A stretch of 63,899 nt of DNA, counting the filler, from Octopus bimaculoides (lineage: Eukaryota): the NCBI RefSeq assembly GCF_001194135.2. It is 6 parts of 5 records of this genome, joined end to end, with 100 filler letters (N's around TTAATTAATTAA, not from the genome) between each part and the next. Parts side by side here need not be neighbours in the genome. Positions count along the whole stretch, not along the records: positions 36,331 to 51,444 come from NC_068983.1; 5 more parts are not named here. The stretch is one strand, 5' to 3'. This document shows, in pieces, positions 40,413 through 51,376 of this stretch. Under the pieces are notes generated by a model. It saw only the letters and a list, made by a program, of their open reading frames with translations. It was not told the DNA's origin and made no database searches. Position 1 is the first letter of the stretch. Every line of letters begins with the position of its first letter. The position numbers and the translations under genes are program-made.

Positions 40413-41194
40413 GTGGCATGCTAACGTTTCTGCCAACTCGCTGCCTTGTGGCATGCTAATGTTTCTGCCAACTCGCTGCCTTGTGGCATGCTAACGTTTC
40501 TGCCAACTCGCTGCCTTGTGGCATGCTAACGTTTCTGCCAGNNNNNNNNNNNNNNNNNNNNNNNNNNNNNNNNNNNNNNNNNNNNNNNNNNNNNNNNNNN
40601 NNNNNNNNNNNNNNNNNNNNNNNNNNNNNNNNNNNNNNNNNNNNNNNNNNNNNNNNNNNNNNNNNNNNNNNNNNNNNNNNNNNNNNNNNNNNNNNNNNNN
40701 NNNNNNNNNNNNNNNNNNNNNNNNNNNNNNNNNNNNNNNNNNNNNNNNNNNNNNNNNNNNNNNNNNNNNNNNNNNNNNNNNNNNNNNNNNNNNNNNNNNN
40801 NNNNNNNNNNNNNNNNNNNNNNNNNNNNNNNNNNNNNNNNNNNNNNNNNNNNNNNNNNNNNNNNNNNNNNNNNNNNNNNNNNNNNNNNNNNNNNNNNNNN
40901 NNNNNNNNNNNNNNNNNNNNNNNNNNNNNNNNNNNNNNNNNNNNNNNNNNNNNNNNNNNNNNNNNNNNNNNNNNNNNNNNNNNNNNNNNNNNNNNNNNNN
41001 NNNNNNNNNNNNNNNNNNNNNNNNNNNNNNNNNNNNNNNNNNNNNNNNNNNNNNNNGGCATGCTAACGTTTCTGCCAACTCGCTGCCTTGTGGCATGCTA
41101 ACGTTTCTGCCAACTCGCTGCCTTGTGGCATGCTAACGTTTCTGCCAACTCGCTGCCTTGTGGCATGCTAACGTTTCTGCCAGCTTGCTGCCTT
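40413..41194. repeat. 35-bp minisatellite derived from SINE head (GTGGCATGCTAACGTTTCTGCCAACTCGCTGCCTT)
   Basis: Units start at 40413, 40448, 40483 and 40518 (partial); N gap 40542-41056; units continue to 41194. Head-to-tail, no spacers. Confidence 0.95.
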
Positions 41195-42981
41195 ACTCAT
41201 ACTGTATATTCTTTTCTACGCTAAGCACAAGGCCTGAAATTTCTTTTTGGTGGGGGCAGTCAATTAGAGCACCCCCATTTCTGCCAGCTCGCTGCCTTGA
41301 TATACAAATTAATATTACACATAAAATAGATCAAGTTTGGCATATTTCTCTCCTGCAATTAATTGCTATGATTCACACTTCTTGCACATGCTTCCTGCAT
41401 ATTGTTTGCTTTTTATATGAAAAGAGAAATCTTTCTTCGGCTAACTTCCTAGATTTAATTTTTCTCTTCCCTTCTAGTTACTTAACTTTTGCTACATCCA
41501 CCTCTACATGCCTTAATTAAATTTAACTCATGGTGCAGTTCACAGACTTTTCTTTATCGGTGCACTTAGTAATGGTTTCAAATTTTGGCACAAGGCCAGC
41601 AATGGTTCCACATCAGTGATAAAAAATTTGGTATTTGCCGTGAGACTTTCATCTCTTTTGTTACAAACAGTGAAATGCTGGACAGTAAACTTTTAGTTTA
41701 CGTTTTAAATTAAACATAGAATCGAAGATGATAGCTGTAGGTACCTTGGTAGATATTTCATGATATTTTGGAAGTTCTATAAAAAGGAATTAATAACTAG
41801 ACATAAGTACACAATCATGGGTGCCTTGGTAGACGGTTGATGATATTTAAAAGTTCTCTGAAGCTATTAATAACTGAAAAGATGTATAAAGTACTGGATA
41901 CCCTGGTAGATATTTCATGATATTTAGAAGTTCTATAAAGACATTAATAACTCGAGAGAAGTAAAAGTTTGTGCGACATCTGTAGATGATTCTCAGCTGG
42001 TGTTTTTTGACTCTGACAGCATGCAGGCTATAATTATAATGCTTTAAATGTTGTACTCGAGTGAAATTACTTTTCACCTCCTGTCTGGATCTATTTTCTA
42101 TTCGGCTGTGATATTTAGTTGCGTACAAACTAGAAGAGTCGACATCAAACAATAAACCTTGATTACATATCATTAAAAAAGCAGCGGAATCAGTCTTGGT
42201 TTTTATCTTTAGAGAAAATGTAGCCTCAATTCTGATGATGTCACTGGCATCTCTTAAATAAATAACATTTGTTACTTATAAAAAAAGAAAAAAAAAAAAA
42301 GAAGAAAAATGCTGAACGCTGCATAATTTTTTGACCTACTGCATTAAAGTACTGAAATTAATAATATTAGTGTGTAACGGATAAAATGAATTACTATCAT
42401 TATCTTCATCACAACAACCATTACCACCACCACCACCACCACCACCACCATCCCCACCACCACCATCATCATCACCATCATCAANNNNNNNNNNNNNNNN
42501 NNNNNNNNNNNNNNNNNNNNNNNNNNNNNNNNNNNNNNNNNNNNNNNNNNNNNNNNNNNNNNNNNNNNNNNNNNNNNNNNNNNNNNNNNNNNNNNNNNNN
42601 NNNNNNNNNNNNNNNNNNNNNNNNNNNNNNNNNNNNNNNNNNNNNNNNNNNNNNNNNNNNNNNNNNNNNNNNNNNNNNNNNNNNNNNNNNNNNNNNNNNN
42701 NNNNNNNNNNNNNNNNNNNNNNNNNNNNNNNNNNNNNNNNNNNNNNNNNNNNNNNNNNNNNNNNNNNNNNNNNNNNNNNNNNNNNNNNNNNNNNNNNNNN
42801 NNNNNNNNNNNNNTATATATATATATATATATAAACAGGCATGCATACACATGCACATGCATGTGATGTCATTATAAGCACTAGCTTGTTTTATATATCA
42901 TGTATTTTAAAATTCAAATTTATAGCTGCACAGAAAGAGAGATACAGAGAGAGTGAGAGAGATACAGAGAGAGAGAGAGAG

Positions 42982-43018
<37 letters not shown>

Positions 43019-44139
43019 CAGAGAGAGAGAGAGACAGACAGAACACACAAACATACGTATACCATATAATTATACAGTGCAATTTAAATTGTACGACAAA
43101 TAAACCAGTATTTAGAGTTCTGTGTGCATTGTTATACGAAGGGTGAGCAAAAGTAAGGCATACAATTGCTCAATATGAGCGGAATGTTCTTTTCATTTCT
43201 CTATTTCTTTCTTAGGATAAGAATTCTATGGTTCTGTGTTCTTTTTAACTAATTCTTTCTGTAATAAAATAATTATTCCTAATTTCAGGTATTTATTATA
43301 TAAAAAAGAAACAGAAAATGAAAATGAAGAGGACTTGTATTATTATAGTTTGAATTTTCTTTGATTGGTCTCCATAGATAAAATCACAGAGCACAATAGG
43401 TAAAAGAAGTGTGTGTATGTGTGGGGGGTGGACTAGGGGAGTTTGTTCATAAATTAATTACCATATTCGATGTCATAAAAGATGCACAAGCATATTAGAC
43501 ACACCCTAATTTCAGCTGCACATGCACATATTCATCATCATCATCACCATCATCATCATCACCATTATCATCAACAACATCAACATCATCATCATTTAAT
43601 GTACGTTTTCCATGCTAGCATGGGTTGGACAGTTTGACAGGAGTTGGCAAGTGAAAGAGCTGCACCAGGTTCCAGTTTTTTTTTGTTTTGGCATGGCTTT
43701 TGTCAGTCTTTGTTTTTTAGTTCATTAAAGCATATAAAATTTAAAGCGACTTCTTATATAAGACCCGTTTTTTTTCTTCTTTTTCTGAGACACATTTTTT
43801 GGAGTGTGTTGTATGTCATTATTAAACAGGGTAGTCACATCAAAACTAAACAAATTATGGACAAGCCCTCTTGTATGGTTAAGAAGTTTGCTTCCCAACA
43901 ACATTGTTTGGAGTTCAGCACCATTGTGTGGTACTTCCAGCAAACACCTTTTATTCTAAGTTGAAAAAAAGCCTGCAGTAGGTGTGTGTGTGTAGCCTTG
44001 TGTTGACATTGTGATGATTGTAAACATGATACAAGTGACATTGTTTGTTTCCAGTATTCCATGGGAAACATCCAGCTATAGAAAACCTGGCTCTATGAAT
44101 TCCGTCTGACCCATGCAGACATGGAAAAGTGGATGTTAA

Positions 44140-44355
44140 CCCCTTCGTTAATGTATTTATTTTAAGATGCTCTGTGTTTCTTTCAATTATTTTAAATATA
44201 ACAAAGAATTTAGTAAAATAACTTTATCATTCAGCTAGTGTTAGGAACATAAATTATGACTAAGGTTTGGTGGAAGATTTTCATTTAAAACTTATGAAAC
44301 AAGACATTTATACCCAGAGCCAGAGCCAGTTTCAGCTGGGCTAATATCAAAAGGG
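44140..44355. mobile_element. piggyBac-like MITE (216 bp)
   Basis: TTAA (44136-44139) CCCCTTCGTTA ... TATCAAAAGGG TTAA (44356-44359): CCC/GGG termini with TTAA duplication. Confidence 0.75.
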
Positions 44356-45584
44356 TTAAATGATGACAATGATAATGTGAATACATCCAAAGAGAAACCA
44401 CCTGATTGATTGCATGCAGTAGTTCAGAAACACACTTTGATCCACAGACTAACTGTCTCCTCTCTATGCCTGGAGTTAGAACAATGGCCTTTGTTTGCCA
44501 GATTTGGCTGGCCTCATACAACTTCCACTCAGGCTTTCCTGGTTGACCCAGTTATTTATATTGTGTCCACTCCCTCAACTCTGCTCTCACAACTACACCC
44601 AATCCATCCTCTCCAAAATATTATCCCTCTGGAATTACCTTCCTGCACATACTTTTTTTTTCAGCCTTTGATTTGCAATATTTCTAACTGAAAGTTAACA
44701 ACATTTACCCTATTGATCCCAGTGGGTTTGCAAAGGGTTTGCACAGCTCCTTTGAACCAAGTCAATAAACCACCCCTAAAAGAAGAAAGAAAATACTAAC
44801 AAAACCATTGTCATCTCCAGTCGACAGCTGTTGATGGGTGTGTCCTTAATGCAAACTGTATGATAAATATATACATACATACATACACAAGTTCATATAA
44901 TGCAAAGCCATTTGAAAAATCTCTGGTAAATAACGAGAACCTAACTATTTCTGTTAAGAAAACATACAACTGTAAAACTGACACTGACACACTTGATTGT
45001 GAACTTGTCATCTGGTGTATTTTACAATAGTTTATTCACTTATTGGTCTGTCTTATTACTTCAGTAGGATCAGTAACACATGCTTAAAACTATCTTTACA
45101 TATTGAGAAACATGCATACGTGTGTTTGCATGCTCATGTGTTTGTGTGTATATGTATTTCGTTTCTTGGTTCGTTTTTCCAAGCTAGATAAGAGTCAGAC
45201 AAATTTTTTATATAAGTATTGTTTTACAACCGGATGCCCTTCCTGTGGTTAACCCATACCTGTTTTTCAAGTAAAGGATCTCTTATTTCACACATCTTCA
45301 GTGCATATCTCGTAGATGATGTGTTAGCAGGAGAAATAACAACATTACTTGTAGCTTACAGTATTTAGACAAGCACAAACAAAAGGAAAGACATTTACAC
45401 AGACACACTTGTAGGTATACTTATTTATATATATCAGGCGTGAGTCGTTGCCAGTGCTACCTGACTGGCTCCCCATGCTGCAGGCATGTAAAAAGCACCA
45501 TTCGAACAGGATCAATGCCAAGCACCCCCTGCCCCGACTGGCTCCTGTGCTGGTAGCACGTAAAAAGCACCATCCAAATGTGGC

Positions 45585-46100
45585 TGTTTTCCATGCTGGC
45601 ATGGGTTGGATGTTTTGACTGAGGACTGGCAAGCTAGGAGGCTGCACCAGGATCCAATCTGATCTAGCAAGGTTTCTACAGCTGGATGCCCTCCCTATCG
45701 CCAACCACTCCAAGAGTATAGTGGGTGCTTTTTACATGCCACCAGCACAGAAGCTAGTCAGGCGGCATTGGCACTGACCACGTTTGGATGGTGCTTTTTA
45801 CATGCTACTGTCACAGTAGCCAGTCGTGGAGGTGTGTGGCATCAACCACGCTTGGATGGTGCTTTATACGTGCCACCGGCACATGAGCCAGTCAGTGGGG
45901 TTGGCATCGACAACATTTGGATGGTGCTCTTAACATGCCACCAGCACGGGGAACCAGTCAGGTGGCACTGGCAATGACCCACACATGCATGGTGCTTATT
46001 GTGTACCACCAGCACAGGAGCCAGTCATGTAGCACTGGCATCGGCCACAACTACAATTTCCATTTGATTGTGATTAGATTTGATGTGATTATGGAAGTTG
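45585..46100 (-). mobile_element. RTE-tail-related element with ~66-bp internal tandem repeat (5 units)
   Basis: The tail motif TTTTCCATGCTGGCATGGGTTGGA is shared with the RTE 3' end at 47860-47920. GGTGCTTTT units start at about 45724, 45790, 45858, 45923 and 45991. Related tails at about 38945, 43600, 44040(+), 46470(+), 52875, 59920 and 61105. Confidence 0.75.
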
Positions 46101-47214
46101 GATTCTAAATGAGGATGTTAATGATAATGAGATCCACTCACAAGGCTTTGGTTGACCTGGGGCTAAGTAAAAGACTTGCTCGTTGTTGCTTCGTGGATCA
46201 CGCATAGTGAGAAACTCTGAGTAGCGATGGTATGAATAATCTACCTTGAACAAATGAATGGTCTCTCCTATATGTGTTTTGTATTTCATTTTCCTTGTTT
46301 GTACATCCAGATGTGTGTGTACGTGTGTGTGTCTTTTTCTTGGCATTATCTGATAGTTAGTGGTGAGTGTCACTGTTGCAGAATCCGTATCATTGATGAC
46401 CAGTGACCCTTGCATCCTTGTGTATAGCCAAGAGGAAATATTACCTTACTTTGAAAACAGGTGAGACTTGATGACAGGCAGACAGGAAGGACATTCGGTT
46501 GTAAAATACTTGCCTTAACAAATTCCATCTGACTCATGCAAGCATAGAAAGTGGATATTAAACCAATACTGTATATTTTCTCATATATAAATAAATCTCA
46601 TCCCTAATTTAATGCTAAATCTTGGTACCAAATTTTATTCTCTTCATATCCAAACCTGACATCAACCATGCCCCATGTCTAAGTCACACCCCAGTTTTTT
46701 TTTGTTTTTTTTTTCAGTTAAATTCAAGCACAAAATAGTGCAACTTATACAAATAGATACGATATACACATAGTATGTAATTTTGTAACTATACTTTGAA
46801 TGCACTGGTATTTACATGAAAGTGCAGTTGTGTACTTACAATTAAGCCTTTATATATAAAATATAAACAGTGAACATGTGTTAGTTCTGTTTGTTGAATT
46901 GATTAATATGACTTAAGCAAAACAGATGGTTTAGTGATATGCTGTAACTGTGTAAGGTGTAAAGGTAGTTGATAGAATTTTAACCAAATGTCATTTGGAA
47001 GGGAAATACTGCATATAGAAAGAAAGAAAAAGAAAACAGAAAATAATAGTATATTTTGTTTCTAGTATAATAATATATTTTGTCTTAGCTAGTGAAGACA
47101 CGTGGTTTTGTGGTTAAGTTGTTGTACTTGTGATAGTAAGATTGTGGTTTCAATTCCTGCACTAGGTGGTGCCTTGTGTTCTTGAGCAAAACACTTCATT
47201 TCATAATTTTCCTG

Positions 47215-47920
47215 TTCCAGTATGCTCCGTTGGATGTGTAATGTCAATGTGAATACCCGTCAGAGTGTAAGTATCTTGAGAGAAAAGATGAACATTAGAA
47301 GCATCAGTTGTGGTGTGCAAGAGAGACGATTGCGCTGGTATGGACATGTGGTGAGAATGGATGAGGATAGCTGCGTGAAAAAGTGCCACACCCTAACAGT
47401 TGAGGGAACCCGTGGAAGAGGTAGGCCCAGGAAGACCTGGGCTGAGGTGGTGAGGCAAGACCTTCGTACATTGGGCCTCACCGAGGCGATGACTACTGAC
47501 CGAGACCTTTGGNNNNNNNNNNNNNNNNNNNNNNNNNNNNNNNNNNNNNNNNNNNNNNNNNNNNNNNNNNNNNNNNNNNNNNNNNNNNNNNNNNNNNNNN
47601 NNNNNNNNNNNNNNNNNNNNNNNNNNNNNNNNNNNNNNNNNNNNNNNNNNNNNNNNNNNNNNNNNNNNNNNNNNNNNNNNNNNNNNNNNNNNNNNNNNNN
47701 NNNNNNNNNNNNNNNNNNNNNNNNNNNCGTTTTCGTGCGGGTGACACGTAAAAGCACCCACTACACTCTCTGAGTGGTTGGCGTTAGGAAGGGCATCCAG
47801 CTGTAGAAACTCTGCCAAATTAGACTGGAGCCTGGTGTTGCCATCCGGTTTCACCAGTCCTCAGTCAAATCGTCCAACCCATGCTAGCATGGAAAGCGGA
47901 TGTTAAACGATGATGATGAT
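47215..47920 (+). mobile_element. 5'-truncated RTE-clade LINE (ORF2 C-terminus, 3' UTR, (GAT)n tail), inserted in a family B SINE
   Basis: MLRWMCNV...RRLRWYGHVVRM...EGTRGRGRPRKTW.EVV..DL...L...DR..W is the diagnostic RTE C-terminus. After the N gap the 3' UTR ends CATGGAAAGCGGATGTTAAACGATGATGATGAT. Confidence 0.93.
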
Positions 47921-48109
47921 TCAACTGTAAATAACTTCCAGCAATAGGTGGGAAGTTAACCTTGAGATGTATCAGTGTCTTGTTCAGAGGGGTGTGTTGT
48001 GGTCTCAGTCATTTATGCCATGGAAACCTTGTGAGTTCTAGCACTCCTGATAAACCTAAGCTAAGCCTATGTATTAGTTTCCTGGAATTTCTGTAACATT
48101 GAAATCAGG

Positions 48110-48515
48110 GTTTGCTGGAGACTGTACCACTATATAATGTTTTCTTCTTTTTATGTTCTTGAAAATAAACTTTAATTAACCTGAAATTATTCTGACATTT
48201 TGTGCTTACAAAATCAAAAAAACAACATAGCACCCATGACTTTCAGAAACATTTTTTCTCACTCAGAATTGCTGAAGCACGGAACAAATTACCTGCATCA
48301 GTTGTTAGCTGTTGGAACACTACATCCTTCATAATTTCTCTGCTTCCCAAAGTTCACCAACAGCACACATTCCTGCCACTTTTTTTAATGGTTCATTCAC
48401 TGTTCACTTCTTGTGCATTATTCTTGTTTATGCCTTTTTGGTTACTTTCTCTGATGAGGTGTAGTGCATCTGAGCTCAGTGTACAATAAGTTTATTGTTA
48501 TTATTATTATTATTT
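48110..48515 (+). mobile_element. CR1/L2-like LINE 3' end remnant
   Basis: KHFFSLRIAEARNKLPASVVS resembles the CR1-group FFSxRVVxxWNxLPxxVV terminus; a (TTA)n tail follows at about 48492-48515. Confidence 0.7.
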
Positions 48516-48539
48516 AATTAAGACTCTCAGCTTATTTTG

Positions 48540-49360
48540 CTGAGTATGATGGAAAGTGTCTGCTCTCTACAGCCAGCAGACTAAGGTGACATTTGTTTAC
48601 TGATTATACTTCAAGAACCCTGCAGAGAGAACTCTTGTAGTTCCAAGCAGTGCTGGTTTTTGTTGGTATTCTATCTTTACATTTGCACCAATCTTTTTGA
48701 GTCATGTTTGTAATACTGATACTATTAACCATGCCATTATTACTGGTACCACATCTACTCTCCTCATTGCTTACAACCTGTGTATTTCCCATGTCAAATT
48801 GTCATATATCTTCAGTTTTTCTTCTTTTTCTTTGATCCGGTTGTCACTGGCGACATACTATGTCAATTATCATGCATGTTCTTTCTCTTTTCATTCACCA
48901 CAACAGTGTCAGGTTTCCAATGTCTGATCTGACGGTCACACTGAATCATTGCATCCTACAAGATTTTTGCAATCTTCATTCTTGGTAACTCCTTCTGCAG
49001 TTTGTTCATACCACGTCTTTGCTCTTTGTAGGCTGTGATTTCCATAGAGTTCCCAATGAATCATTCTTGCCACATTGTCATGTCACCTTTTGTATTCATA
49101 TTGTGCCAATCTCGGGCAGTTGCTTATGATATGCCATACTGTTTCACCCCTCTCACCACACATTCTTAATTTGTCATTCTTGGTAGTGTTGTCGAATCTG
49201 CACTTCCCATAGTTCTTAACATTCTTGTGCTGTGCATATAAGTGCTTCTGTCTCTATCTTTAGGTCATTCCTCCTCGTCCATAGCCACTGGTCTTCTGTA
49301 TTTGTCTTGGTGTTTGTATATCTTTCAAACTGACCATACATATGTTTTTCCTTCCATGCT
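48540..49360 (-). mobile_element. R4/Dong-clade LINE C-terminal fragment (CCHC knuckle + restriction-like endonuclease)
   Basis: The minus strand reads LKIETEALICTAQE, RMCGERGETVWHIISNCPRLAQYEYKR*HDNVARMIHWEL, KPDTVVV, IIDI, VDVVPVI and ALLGTTRVL..VL, with frameshifts. Confidence 0.88.
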
Positions 49361-49459
49361 ATTTTTTTTTTTTTTTTTGAGTTTTTCTCCTCTCTAAGTT
49401 TTTCTTTCCTTACACAATTATCGATTTTGATGTTGTTGTTATTATTATTTGCCTGGCAC

Positions 49460-50366
49460 TTAGAATGTCGCCAGGCACTTACAGCCCTCTATCAGTCAGT
49501 CAAGCAATGGGATTGGTGGATGTTCTGCTTTAGAAATTGATAGAGGATTAGTGGTGGGGAAGTGTGATGACATTCTCAGGGAGACTCTGGGTGCCAATGA
49601 GAACAAACTGGCTAGTCTGTTCCCGGAGGACTTTCCCGGAACTATCATGGATAATTTCCAGTTACTGTCACATGTGGGACGGATCTGTCTGTTAGCCAAG
49701 TTTGTAGTGATGAGTGCATTGCTACACTCCTTCAATTGGGCAGGCAAGGTAGTTTTCCTTTGTCTAGTGGGCTATGGTGAAAGAGGTTGTTTGGTGGACA
49801 AGGCTGGACTGTATGAGGACAGATAAATTCCTCTTTGGTAGAGCTCTCATTGACTTCTTCAAGTTTCACTTGAAAAGGAAATTGAGAGTGGAGTGGGAAG
49901 TGCTGTCCTCGAGTGAGGTGGGTGAAAGTTATGAAAATGGCAAGAGTGGATGGTACTTCTCTAAGTGTTGACCTGTGAGTCAGAGAGAATGGATTGGAGA
50001 GGGCACTTGCTCCTGGGATTTCAGGGAAATTTCAGATAGTGGGGTTCCTCGATTATTCCTAGAGGCCTTCCTGTGTCAGGAGGACCACATCTCTATCATC
50101 CTCCCCACCACTTTTCTTTTTTTTTTAAACTTTTGTATGCTATTTATATGAACCTTCTTTTTCAGTCTATACTGTGTTTACTTTCTTTCTTTCTTTCACT
50201 TTTTTTTTATCATTTCATTGTATGTAAATCCCTACATTTTATGTCTGTCTTTGTATTGTCCTCCTCATCCTTCGCCCTTGTGGCAAATAAATGAAATCAT
50301 CATCATCATTATCATCATTATTATTATCATCATCATTATTATTATTATTATCATTATTATTATTAT
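49460..50366 (+). mobile_element. L1/Tx1-like LINE 3' end with AATAAA and (ATC/ATT)n tail
   Basis: Degenerate coding sequence GKCDDILRETLG..LASLF, LLSHVGRI, VFLCLV.MVKEVVWWTRL, FFKFHLKRKLRVE, ending about 49978. Then a 3' UTR, AATAAA at 50286-50291 and a trinucleotide tail at about 50296-50366. Clade assignment is from recalled similarity. Confidence 0.65.
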
Positions 50367-50418
50367 ATTAATATCTGTTTTATTTTTTCTTCTCTTTTCT
50401 GGTTTCGCTCATTGCTAG

Positions 50419-50583
50419 TAGTGGCAGACGGGCTTTGTTGTAAACTAACTCAGATCTGTGACAAACCTAGATCGTTGCTTTGGGCAATGGATCGGGGCAA
50501 ACCAGATGAATTCATGACAACTAAAGACACATTACAACTAGTCAAAAAGATTGGAAGTGGGCAATTTGCTGAAGTTTACTATG
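50419..50583 (+). CDS. Src: Src-family tyrosine kinase exon: SH2 end, SH2-kinase linker, kinase Gly-rich loop (165 nt, phase 1/1)
   Basis: Pyrimidine tract + CTAG acceptor (AG 50417-50418; alternative TAG ending 50421) and a perfect donor ATG/GTAAGT (GT 50584-50585). It splices in frame to the 39168 exon: [V]VADGLCCKLTQICDKPRSLLWAMDRGKPDEFMTTKDTLQLVKKIGSGQFAEVYY[G]. Both boundaries match recalled SRC/FYN intron positions. Confidence 0.96.
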
Positions 50584-50856
50584 GTAAGTTAATAAAATTA
50601 TCTCCAACTAGAAACAATGTTTCCTGGGCCTAAATAGCAGTAGCATTCTTCCCTTTCCTGGGACTGCCACATTAAGTTGGCAACAAACCATCACTCTATC
50701 ATGCTGCTACTGTATAAGTCTCTCTAAGAGATTTAGAAATGCAATATTTCTAATTATTTATATCATTTTTCTTGTAACTCCTGTCATTTGTAAAATTGTT
50801 GTTATTGTTGTTATTAGAAACGAGGGCGGTGGAATTAAAAAAGAAAAGCATTCTAA

Positions 50857-51346
50857 CCCTTTAGAATTTGAACTGGCCATATCTGGTCCAAAATATTCTA
50901 CTTTATTTTATGTTGAAACTGGCTTCTCACGCTTATCCTACAATGTCATTCTAAAAATAAACAAGCATATCTTCAAAATCTCAACCCTGCAGGATAATGC
51001 ATAATTAATTCAAAACAATGTGAGTAAATAAGAATAAATACATTTGACAGAATGAAAGTGCGTAGCTCAGTGGTTAGGCTGTTGCATTCATGATTGCTAG
51101 ATTGTGGGTTCAATTCCCTGATTGGGCGGTGCACTGTGTTCTTGCATGAAACATTTCACATCGCATTGCTCCATTCCCTCTTTTGGTCAGGGTGGAATGT
51201 CAACCTGCTGACCTAGCTAATGGGGTGGCATCGTTTGAAGGCTAAAACAATGCAGAATCGCATTGTGACCAGTGATGTGTAATAACATCTGATAGCCTGG
51301 TCAGTCATGTGATCATATTTGACAGAGTAATCTGAACGCTAAAGGG
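50857..51346. mobile_element. piggyBac-like MITE interrupted by a family B SINE (51052-51316)
   Basis: CTAA CCCTTTAG ... CTAAAGGG TTAA termini. The SINE is flanked by the 10-bp duplication ATTTGACAGA (51042-51051 and 51317-51326). Confidence 0.85.
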
Positions 51347-51376
51347 TTAATGTCATGTCTCCTTCCATATATGTAA

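Noticed and set aside
40413-41194. 35-bp repeat as a CRISPR array
   Set aside because: Units are head-to-tail with no unique spacers, derive from a SINE head, and the context is eukaryotic with no cas genes.
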